64,000 bases of DNA from positions 320,001 through 384,000 of the forward strand of contig CAXXVO010000004.1 of the NCBI GenBank assembly GCA_963422645.2, read 5' to 3'. This DNA is from Alphaproteobacteria bacterium. Its GTDB lineage: Bacteria > Pseudomonadota > Alphaproteobacteria > UBA828. The notes beneath the pieces were generated by a model, which saw only the letters and a list, made by a program, of their open reading frames with translations, did no database searches and was not told the DNA's origin. This document shows, piece by piece, positions 8,972 through 17,875 of this stretch (position 1 is its first letter; the number at the start of each line of letters is the position of its first letter). Both the position numbers and the translations under genes were made by a program.

Positions 8972-11330
8972 TCAGACTTCCTGACCTCTGCTGATTTTAG
9001 GTGACACGAGCCGCGCGGATTCCGAGGCCCCGTCGATGTCGTAGACTATGCGCAGACGGGTGCCGGGGAAGACCGTTTCGGTGGCGTTCAGGTCGCTCAG
9101 AACCGCATCGATCCAACGGTCGCAGGCGTCGTTTGCGAGGCCAAGAATGTGGACCCGCAGGAGGCCATTGCCAGGATCCGGCAGGATGTCGGCATCGGCG
9201 GTGAGCAGCGCTTGAAGCAGTTTCCGGGGATGGGGCTTGTGGCCCTGCGCCTGCATGACGGGAAGCATCATGCGGGTTTCGGCGCGGTAGGCGATCATCC
9301 GGATGACGTCGAGGAGGAGGCGCTCGCGCGCGGGCAAGGCATCGAGCTGCTCGGCTTCGTCGAGGTCGCCGGCCCGGCAGTGCTTGGGCGTCTCCCTGCG
9401 GCTGGCCCTGACGATGTCGCGGACATCCTGGAGGTCCCTGACTTCCCTCCTGAGTTCCGCCGTCGGCTGCTTCTTCCGGGCCGTGTCGGCGATGCGGTTG
9501 CGCAGGCGGCCAAGCTGGCGGTCGAGGCGATGGATTGCCTTGTCATAGGCCCGCCGCAGCGGGTTGACGACCATGGCGGCGGGATCGAGAGGCTCGAGCT
9601 CGTGGGTCGGCAGGGCGTCGAGATTGAACTCGTCACGCATGTACTTGAAGAAGTTCTCCTGCGACCAGCGCGAGAACATGGCGCCCGCAACCTCAGCCAT
9701 CGGCTTGTGCGGATCGGTGGTGATCAGCGGCACCTGACGGCCGTTGTCGAGCAGGCGGCGGATCTGGCGCACCCTGAAGCCGTTCGGCAACGTCACCGGC
9801 TTCTCAGCCAGCCGCATGGTGGCGCTGCCGTCCGCCGCCGGTCCGTGAATGGGAACGGTCATCGCGCCGAAGTCCTCGGCCGGCCAGTCCTCGCCCCTGA
9901 AGTTCTTGTGCCAGGTCAGGCAGGCGACGCCGCGCCTCGCCAGCCGGCGGAACAGATCCGGGCTCCAGCCCTCGCGGTCGAAGACCAGGGTGAGCGCCGG
10001 CTGGCCGGGATGCTCGGCGGTCAGGTCCGGCGCCCCGGCGCCAACGATCCCAAGCTCCTGCAGCGCCGGCACCACGTCGGCTTCGATGGCCGCGACCATC
10101 TTCGGGTCCAGCGGCTTGTGCAGACAGAGCAGCGGCTTGCCGCCCAGAGCGTTGATCCAGTAGCTGGCGCTCGCCGGCAGGCACAGCTTCTCGCGCGAGA
10201 CGAAGTGCTTGGGCAAGCGCCCCTTGCGGCCGGAGTAGACCTTGACGTGCCCGTCGATGGCCAGCGTCGCCCAGAGCTCCGGCTCGTCGGCCTTGCCAGC
10301 GCCTGGCAAGGGCGAGCTGCCACGCCCGCACGCCGGCCTCGTCGTCGGCGATGAGAGCGATCTTGCGGCGCAGCGTCTTGACCTCGGGGCAGCGATCGAG
10401 GCCGAGAATGGCGCCCCATTCGCCCGGCGCCTGGTAGCGCAGGCTCTCGGGGTTGCGCACCCGCGCCAAGGTCATGAAGGCCAGGAAGAGCAGGATCGTA
10501 GGCAAGCCGTAATAGCCCTTCGGCAGCAATGGCAGGAGACCGGTCTCGGAGAGAAGACCTTCCTTCAGCAGGGCCGGCAGGGCGGCGAGCACGCCGCCGA
10601 AGCGGACACCGCGGGCGGCGGCGGCGAACTGCGGTTCGACCGGCCCCGCCTGTCCACAACTGGCCAGAACCCGAGCCGGAACATCGCAAGTCGCACGCCC
10701 CATCGGCGCCTGCCGGTCCCGCCGATCGCGCGCGCTGCGATCCGTTTGCGGCTGCGCTTCCAGCCCCGGCGCCGTCTCCGGCCCCGGGGCACCGGTACTC
10801 TCTTCATCGACACGGCCTTCAGGAGCCGCACCCGCGTCAGGCGGCGCAGCCAGCGCTGAGCGTCCGGGCTCCCCATCCGCCTCCGTGTTGCCGATCAGTC
10901 CCTGACGGCGCCACTTGTTGACCGATGGCGCTGACACGCCGAGAACCCGGGCCGCCGCAGAGCCGCTCAGGCCCGATGCCAGCAACGCCGTCGCCTTCTC
11001 CGCCAACTCCGGAGTGAACACCGACGGCCCGCGACCGCGCCGGGGCTTCATGAACCCCGCTTCGCCCTCGGCCAGGTAGCGCCGTCGTGCGCGCTGCACC
11101 GTCGCGCGCGAGACAGCGAAAGCGTCAGCCAGTTCCTGCGGCGAGACCGCGCTGATCGCCGCGAGGCGGCCGATCCGCAAGAGCATGGCCGTGCGGTCAT
11201 CGGCGGCGTGGCTGTCAAAGGGAATGAGGTTGGAAAAGTAGGTGAAGGTGTCGTCCGAGATCAGGACGGCGAAGCAGCTGTTGCCGATCGAGACCGCCTC
11301 TGGAGGGCACATTGGGAGGGTACTGGGCAT
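8972..11330 (-). pseudogene. HTH-containing putative DDE-like transposase with one +1 frameshift near 10290
   Basis: Two N-terminal HTHs, then GEWGAILGLDRCPEVKTLRRK; continues in another frame as LAIDGHVKVYSG, LVFDREGWS, FSRWSQENFFKY; the stop lies at the TIR edge. Confidence 0.8.
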
Positions 11331-11484
11331 GGTTGAGACCGTGCAATTGGTATCAAATTATACTATCAGACCTCGGGCGCGACACCCAGCGAAAAACCGC
11401 CTGAAACAACCGAAATGTATCAGAATTCAAGGAGTTCCCGGCACGCTGCCCAGAACAGCCAGCATCACGAGGTCAGGAAGTCTG
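8973..11484 (-). mobile_element. Unclassified IS nested in the 3' non-coding tail of IS66 copy 2
   Basis: 16-bp perfect TIR CAGACTTCCTGACCTC; AGCTT repeated at 8968-8972 and 11485-11489; the empty site GGGGTAGCTTACCGG is present in copy 3 (about 38520-38534, reverse strand). Confidence 0.93.
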
Positions 11485-11629
11485 AGCTTACCGGTCGCAG
11501 TCCGCAAGAGGGGCATCGTGAGCTGTGAAACCCGGCGACCCCAGAGGAGCACACGGGCGTCGCGTGGGTAGCGTTGTGCCGAATCCCAGAGAATTTTCAC
11601 AGCAAGAACCTGGGCAGTTACGGACTTTA

Positions 11630-11847
11630 AGGATGTCCGACATCGGGAAGGAACTCACGGGCCAACTCCCTACATTCGATTGCTCGAAAGGCTGGAGACA
11701 CATCTTCCGATTGGAAGAATAATTGTAGGCCCATCAACAAGTCAGGAAAGGGTGACGGACATCGTTATGGATTTAGCGTAGGGCTTGGACATGGAGGTGC
11801 AAAAGTCAGAGATACCTCTTGTCGGGTCTTCCAGAACCAATCTCTAA
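11630..11847 (+). pseudogene. Low-GC gene remnant resembling the C-terminus of DUF2971-type proteins
   Basis: PTPYIRL...LPIGRIIVGPSTSQ...VQKSEIPLV with an in-frame TAG at 11779; family assignment is from memory only. Confidence 0.35.
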
Positions 11848-11952
11848 AATATTGCGCATGGTTCCAGTTGAAGCAAGCATATTGGCAAGACGCGCAAGTG
11901 AGCGGGAAAGTTGGATAGCCGTCTTTGTACGGATATGGACTTGGTTTCCGAA

Positions 11953-12678
11953 TTAGACTAGTTTGCTGGGCTGTTTGGTGGAGAGAGAATCACTCTCGAC
12001 AGCCTCCACACACTTCTCGTCATCATTCGCCGGCTTGTTCACCAGCGTGCTTACCGGGTGAAAGGTCATCGCGTCCGCAGGGTAGGGGGCGAGGGGGACG
12101 GCTTCGCCTGCGAGCCAGGGGGCGTAGGCGTGCGCCGGCAGGATCACGGGCATGCGGGGGTGGATCGGGGCGAGCGCCGGGTTGGCCTCGGTAGTGAGGA
12201 TGGTGCAGGTCTCCAGCACGTCGCCCGCTTCCAGCTCGGACAGCGAGCCGGTGAGAGCGAGGCCCGCCGGCACGCGCCAGCTTTCCCACAGCCCGGCGAA
12301 GACGAAGCCGGCGCCCTCCTTCAGCCCGATCAGATAGGGCTGCTTGGCCTTGCCCTCGCGCTGCCACTCGTAGAAGCCGTCAGCCGGAATCAGGCAGCGG
12401 CGCGCCTTGAAGGCGGCGCGGAAGGAGGGCTTCTGGTGCGCGGTCTCGGAGCGCGCGTTGATCATCTTGTAGCCGATGTTCGGCTCCCTGGCCCACGCGG
12501 GGACCAGCCCCCAGCGCAGCATGGAGAGGCGGCGGCCGCCCTCGCTCACGCGCACCGCCGCGATGGTCTGCCCCGGCGCCACGTTGTAGCGCGGCCGCAG
12601 GTTCTGGGCCGGGCCGATCAGCCCGAGGAGCTCGTGCAGCTCGCGCCAGGAGAGGCGCTGGGTGAAGCGTCCGCACAT
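11953..12678 (-). CDS. SOS response-associated peptidase (SRAP/YedK family)
   Basis: Starts MCGRF; PRYNVAPGQ, RWGLVP.W, INARSET, RCLIPADGFYEW, IHPRMPVIL. Confidence 0.95.
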   Translation of the reverse strand: MCGRFTQRLSWRELHELLGLIGPAQNLRPRYNVAPGQTIAAVRVSEGGRRLSMLRWGLVPAWAREPNIGYKMINARSETAHQKPSFRAAFKARRCLIPADGFYEWQREGKAKQPYLIGLKEGAGFVFAGLWESWRVPAGLALTGSLSELEAGDVLETCTILTTEANPALAPIHPRMPVILPAHAYAPWLAGEAVPLAPYPADAMTFHPVSTLVNKPANDDEKCVEAVESDSLSTKQPSKLV

Positions 12679-12707
12679 GGTGGTCGGGCGGGGGGCCGGC
12701 GCGCCGC

Positions 12708-13463
12708 CTACCAGGCGGTCCAGCCGAGGTCGATCATGAGGTGGGCGCCGTGCACCGCATCGGCCTCCGACGACGCGAGATAGGCCACGGCGCCCGAGAC
12801 GTCGTCGGCCTCCATCCAGTAGCGGCCCATCGGCGCGATGGCCGCCATTTTCTCCTCCTTGCCGGGCTGGGCGCGGATCGCCGCGTTCATGTCGGTTCTC
12901 GTGGCGCCGGGCCCCACGGCGTTGACGTTGATCCCGTGCGGCCCGAGCTCCAGGGCGAGCGCCTTGGTCAATTGCATCTGGCCGCCCTTCGACGCGCAGT
13001 AGGCGGCGCCGGCGCTCGAGCCGACGATGCCGAGCGTGGACGTGATGTTGACGATCTTGCCCGCGCCCTTGGCCTTCATCGCCGGCGCCACCGCCTTGGC
13101 CATGAAGAAGCTGCCCTTGAGGTTGATGTCGATCTGGGCGTCCCAGAGTTCCTCGGTGGTCTCCTCCATGGACAGCGGGTGGTAGACGCCGGCGTTGTTG
13201 ACGAGGATGTCGATGGTGCCGAAGGCGTCGGCCGCCTCCGCCGCCAGCCGCTCGCAATCGGCGACCCTGGAAACGTCCGCCTGGAAGGGCGCAGCCCGGC
13301 CGCCCCCGTCCACGATTTCCTGCGCCACGGCCTCCGCCTTGCCGCGCGCCGTGTGCGCAACCACCGCGATCACGGCGCCATCCGCGCCTAAGCGCCGCGC
13401 GATGCTGGCGCCGATCCCGCGCGAGCCCCCGGTGACGATCGCGACCTTGCCCTCAAGCCTCAT
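12708..13463 (-). CDS. SDR family NAD(P)-dependent oxidoreductase
   Basis: VTGGSRGIG, LVNNAG, YCASK catalytic motif, VNAVGPG. Confidence 0.95.
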   Translation of the reverse strand: MRLEGKVAIVTGGSRGIGASIARRLGADGAVIAVVAHTARGKAEAVAQEIVDGGGRAAPFQADVSRVADCERLAAEAADAFGTIDILVNNAGVYHPLSMEETTEELWDAQIDINLKGSFFMAKAVAPAMKAKGAGKIVNITSTLGIVGSSAGAAYCASKGGQMQLTKALALELGPHGINVNAVGPGATRTDMNAAIRAQPGKEEKMAAIAPMGRYWMEADDVSGAVAYLASSEADAVHGAHLMIDLGWTAW

Positions 13464-13544
13464 GCCCTGCCTCCCCATCATTCGAGGCCGGCACGATAGC
13501 ATGCGCGGCGCCCCCGGAATGGCAGACATGGGGCGAACCGGGCC

Positions 13545-13653
13545 GTCAGGCCCGGACGGCGCGACTGCGCCGCGCGCGAGGCGCGTAGCCAAGCGAGCGG
13601 AGCGAGCGCCCGGCGCCTGAGGGAAATGATTAAGTCAGGCCCGGACGGCGCGA
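13545..13653. repeat. Dispersed REP/MITE-like repeat (copy 2): one 89-bp unit plus the start of a second unit cut by IS4
   Basis: GTCAGGCCCGGACGGCGCGA at 13545 and 13634; core shared with 2260-2298. Confidence 0.75.
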
Positions 13654-15239
13654 CAATGGCATTCACTTAGCGGTTTTCGACTGTTCACTTAAGGAGTCGT
13701 GTTCTTGCGCTGTCGGTTGCGTGCGTTTCTGTCGTTCAGGTGTTCAGGCGACGGCCCGCTTTGCGCGTGCCCACTTGCCGCGGGGTTTGCGCGACCTGCG
13801 TTCGCAGGACCGGCCGGGGTGCGGGCGCTGACGCGCCTGGTTGATGCAGGAGAGGACATGGCTGAGGGTTTCGGCGACCATCGCCGTATGGCGCAGCAGC
13901 AGCGCTTCGAGGTTGCGCGCGACGGTGGCGAGGCCGTTGCTGAAGTTGGCTTTCATCGCCGGCTTGCCGTCGGCAGGGCGCTCGGCGTCGAGGCTTGCGT
14001 TGCTGCGGTTGGTGAAGAGCCGGGTCATGGCGATGAGGTTGAAGTGGGCGAAGAGCTCCTGGCGGACGCCGCGCTCGGTCTGGCTGTGGAAGGCCTCGAC
14101 GGCCATGGCCTGTTTCGAGGTCTTGTAGAGTTCCTCGATTCCCCAGCGCGCGTGATAGAGCTCGGCCAGTTCCGCGACGCTCCAGGCCTTGGGGTCGAGG
14201 AGGGTGGTGGCGAGGATGAAGACCGTGCTGCCGATGCGGTAGCGGACCAGTCGCAGGCGCAGCGGGGTGGCGTCGACGTGCGGCGTCTTGCGGCGCAGCT
14301 TTCTCAGGGTGTCCTTTCCGGGAGCGACGGTGATCGGCGCGTCCGTGCGGCCGTCGGCGATGAAGGCGTCGAGGGCGGCGCCTGCCTTCTTCTTGATCCG
14401 GAACACGGGGTGCAGGCCGCGGGCGACATGGGCGTGCAGCATCTCCCAAGAGTAGTAGCCGCGGTCATAGACCACGATGTCGTTGGCCGAGAGCGCCTTG
14501 AGGTGGGCGAGGGCGGCCCTTCTTTCGTCGCCGTGCGCGACCAGGTCGAAGTCCACCGGGATGTTCGCGTGCAGCCGGTAGAGGCAACTCAGCAGGCCCT
14601 GCGGGTAGTGGGCCGCCTCGGAGGGCGTGCGGTAGCCGGCCTTGAGCAGCGGCCGCGGCAGGTTGAGCTTGGAGCCGTCGACCGCGAACACGCGGTGGCC
14701 CTTCCAGGCCGGGCCGTCGGCGCGCTTGAGGATCTCGGCGTGCAGCGTCTTGAACACCGCCTCGTCGACCTTGGCCCGCGCCATGCACATCGCCGAGGCC
14801 GAGACCGGCGCCGGCTGCGGCAGTGCGACGCCCAGGACCCGGCACTGCTCCCACAGCCCGGCCAGCGTCGTGGCGTAGCCCGCGCGGCCGTTCGAGAACG
14901 CCAGCCGGAAGATGAAGAGCATGACGAGAAGGGTGTCGAGGACCCGCCGGCGGCTCTGCCACACCCGGTCGTGATCGGCGGCCACCGCCGCCAGTGCGCC
15001 GATCAGGTCCTGCCACAGCGCCACGAAGGGATCGTCCGGCGCCAGCGCTGCCGGCCGTGTCCTGTTCCCGCGCCGCGCCGGCCGCGGGCCTTCGAGCAGG
15101 ATCGAGCGGAAGTCCGGCGTCAGCGGGTAGACGTAGACGCTTTTGCGGGTCTTGCCCTTGCCGCCCCCGGTCTCGCCGAGACAGCGCCAGTTGGCCGCGC
15201 GGTAGCAGGCGCCGTCGAAGAGGCTGGGGTCCACGAAGG

Positions 15240-15698
15240 TCTCCACGAACGTCACAGACTACTATCTTGCAGGCTTCCGAGGCTCCTGAGCCCGTTCGCA
15301 TTCGACGCTACAAGCATCCTTTCGACGGTGAGGCGATCGAGATTCTCGATCGGCGCAAAGGAGGTTACGGGGGCCGGACTCTGAAGGTTCGGATGCCGGA
15401 CGGCAGCTGTTGTTGGATACCAGCGGCATGGACGAGCCTTGGAGCCCGTCCCGAGGATGCACCACGCCTGATCGGAGAGTTGTCTGATTTCCTCACCCTC
15501 CTTAATCTTCTGAATGACCTTGATGAGAGGGAACTCAGGCGCGATGGATGCGGAGCAGGAGTTGGCGCTGATCGCGCTGATGGAGTGGGAGGAGCGCCGG
15601 GACCGGTGGCTGGCGTTTCCGGCTCCGGACCGGGATCGCGTCGTGCAGGGTCTGGCCGATCTGATGGTTCGGATTGCGGATCGGGAGGCGGCCGATGA
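15240..15698 (+). CDS. DUF5372 / Y4bD-Y4pK-like small protein lacking a good start in the integrated state
   Basis: VRI....HPFDGE.IE........G......MPDGS..WIPAAWTS motif; only an RBS-less TTG (15267) lies upstream of the motif inside the element; stop TGA overlaps the LSR ATG. Confidence 0.65.
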   Translation, partial: SPRTSQTTILQASEAPEPVRIRRYKHPFDGEAIEILDRRKGGYGGRTLKVRMPDGSCCWIPAAWTSLGARPEDAPRLIGELSDFLTLLNLLNDLDERELRRDGCGAGVGADRADGVGGAPGPVAGVSGSGPGSRRAGSGRSDGSDCGSGGGR

Positions 15699-15735
15699 CG
15701 GTCGATCCGTCGAAGATCACCCAGCGTCATCTTGA
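15544..15735 (+). CDS. Small hypothetical protein overlapping the DUF5372-like ORF and the LSR start
   Basis: 63 aa with W.AFP..DRDRVVQGLADLM.R helix, of the kind seen upstream of such recombinases; purine-rich leader. Confidence 0.5.
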   Translation: MDAEQELALIALMEWEERRDRWLAFPAPDRDRVVQGLADLMVRIADREAADDGRSVEDHPASS

Positions 15736-17875
15736 GCGTCTTGCAGTTGTCTACGTTCGCCAGTCGACACCCTTGCAAGTGAACGCGCACCAGGAATCGC
15801 AGCTGCGCCAATACGCGCTTGGCGAGCGTGCCCGGGAGATTGGCTGGCCGGCCGAGCGGATACGGACGATCGACGCCGATCTTGGCGAGAGCGCAAGCGA
15901 GAAGGCGCGCGGCGAGCGTGGCGGCTTTCGGGAGATGTGCGACCTGATCGCCCGGGACCATGTCGGGGGCATCTTCGGGATTGAGGTTTCGCGGCTCGCC
16001 AGGAACACGATGGAATGGTTTCAGCTTCTCGATCTATGTCGCAGGCACGACACGGTTCTGGTTGAGGACTGCCACATCTACTGCCCGAGCCGGGACGACG
16101 ACTCCCTTGTCCTGGGGATCAAGGGAACCGTGAGCGCCGCTGAGCTGTCTCTTATTCGCGCCCGGATGGAGGGCGGAAAGCGGAACAAGGCGCTTCGTGG
16201 CGAGTTGTACTCGCGCGTTCCGATCGGATTTGTGCGGGATGGCTCGACTTTGCGGAAGGATCCGGATGCCCGGGTTCAGGCGGCGATTGCAACGGTCTTT
16301 GCGCGTTTTCGGCAAGCCGGTTCGGCCCGCCAGGCGACGATGCTGCTGCGTGAGGCGGGCGAGGATGTTCCCTCTCGCCGGCACCCGGGGGCAGCATTGG
16401 AATGGGGCCCGGCGCGCTATGAACGGGTGTACCGCATCCTCACCAACCCGGCGATGGGCGGCGCCTATGCCTACGGCTTCAAACGCGGCGTTGGTCACGG
16501 TGCGCCGCTGCGGCCGGTCCAGGAGCGCTGGGATATTCTTCAGCCGGAGAAGCATGAGGGATATGTCAGTTGGGCAGAATGGCTTGAAGTACAGGAGCAG
16601 CTGGCCCGCAACCACATGGCTCCGGACGGAGCCCGCGGCGCGGCGCGGGAAGGGTCGGCTCTGCTCCAGGGTCTCGCGGTCTGCGGCGGCTGCGGATTGC
16701 CGATGACCGTCTACTACAGCAAGACGGGCTGGGGGTATGAGTGCCGCAAGCGCGATGCTGCGCGCCGGCGCGGCGGTTGTTGGTCGACAGGCGGCAAGCG
16801 CGTTGATGCGGAAGTTGCCCGTCTGTTTCTCGATGCGGTCACGCCGGCGGGGGTGGAGGCGGCCCGGCAGGCGGCTTGTGATGTTGCTGAACGCGGCCTG
16901 CGCGCGTTGCGCCGTTGGGAGCTGGATCTTGAGCACTGCCGGTACGAGGCGCGGCTTGCCGAGCGGCGCTACAAGCAGGTCGATCCCGACAACCGTCTGA
17001 TTGCGGCAACGCTGGAGCGCGAGTGGGAGAAGGCGCTTCGCGCCGAGAAGGCTGCACAGGAAGCGCTTGAGGCGGCACGGGCGCGTCAGCCCGCGGCCCC
17101 TGCCCCGGCGGTTTTCGAGGGTCTCGGCGCGCGCCTGTCGCAGGTCTGGGGGGCGTCGTCGACGACCATGCGCGAGCGCAAGCGCCTGCTCGCCTGCCTC
17201 CTCGACGAGGTGACGATCGAGCTTGCGCGACAGGAGCGTGAGATCATGGCAACATTGCGCTGGCGTGGCGGGCAGATCGACGAGATCACTTTGCCGATGC
17301 TCGCGGGCTCTCCGACACCCCGGCGCGATGAGCGCAGCACGGTCGAGCTCGTGCGCAAGCTGTCATGCTTTTACAACGACCGGGAGACCGCGAAGGTTCT
17401 CACCCGCCAGGGACGGCGCACAGCACGGGGTCTGGATTTCACGGCCGAGCTTGTTGGCAGCCTGCGTCGCCGCCATGGCATTGCGCCCTACCAGCCCGAC
17501 GGGGACGAGCCGGTGCTCATGGGCGTTGCCGATGTGGCGAAGGAGATCGGAGTCTCGGATGACACCATCTATCGCTGGATCCGCGAGGGGCTGGTTCCGG
17601 TTGCCCAGCCCGATATCGAAGGTGCTCCTCTTCGGATCCGGATGACCCCGACCTTGCGCGAGCGCTTTCGTGAGGCGCCTCCGGAGGGGTTTGTTCCCCT
17701 CGCTGTGGCAATGGATCGTCTGGGTGTCACGCGGCAGACGGTCTGGGAACGGATCAAGGCGGGCAGGCTGGACAGCTGCCATGTGACCCGCGGCAAGACG
17801 CGCGGACTGTATGTGCGTTTGCCGGTCGAGGACGAACTGCCGCTGCTGCGCGGGCTCAACGGTGATGGGGGGTGA
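15695..17875 (+). CDS. Large serine recombinase (Y4bA-like) with C-terminal HTH domains
   Basis: GGAGG RBS; catalytic YVRQST, SRLAR, recombinase domain (ILTNPAMGGAY), zinc ribbon CGGC...YEC...C, coiled coil VDPDNRL, two C-terminal Xis/MerR-like HTHs. Confidence 0.95.
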   Translation: MTVDPSKITQRHLERLAVVYVRQSTPLQVNAHQESQLRQYALGERAREIGWPAERIRTIDADLGESASEKARGERGGFREMCDLIARDHVGGIFGIEVSRLARNTMEWFQLLDLCRRHDTVLVEDCHIYCPSRDDDSLVLGIKGTVSAAELSLIRARMEGGKRNKALRGELYSRVPIGFVRDGSTLRKDPDARVQAAIATVFARFRQAGSARQATMLLREAGEDVPSRRHPGAALEWGPARYERVYRILTNPAMGGAYAYGFKRGVGHGAPLRPVQERWDILQPEKHEGYVSWAEWLEVQEQLARNHMAPDGARGAAREGSALLQGLAVCGGCGLPMTVYYSKTGWGYECRKRDAARRRGGCWSTGGKRVDAEVARLFLDAVTPAGVEAARQAACDVAERGLRALRRWELDLEHCRYEARLAERRYKQVDPDNRLIAATLEREWEKALRAEKAAQEALEAARARQPAAPAPAVFEGLGARLSQVWGASSTTMRERKRLLACLLDEVTIELARQEREIMATLRWRGGQIDEITLPMLAGSPTPRRDERSTVELVRKLSCFYNDRETAKVLTRQGRRTARGLDFTAELVGSLRRRHGIAPYQPDGDEPVLMGVADVAKEIGVSDDTIYRWIREGLVPVAQPDIEGAPLRIRMTPTLRERFREAPPEGFVPLAVAMDRLGVTRQTVWERIKAGRLDSCHVTRGKTRGLYVRLPVEDELPLLRGLNGDGG

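Larger units (their letters stand above)
7217..11621 (+). mobile_element. IS66-family element copy 2 (1,888 bp plus nested IS)
   Basis: 14-bp TIR GTAACTGCCCAGGT; 8-bp TSD GGACTTTA at 7209-7216 and 11622-11629; length minus the nested insert equals copy 3. Confidence 0.97.
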
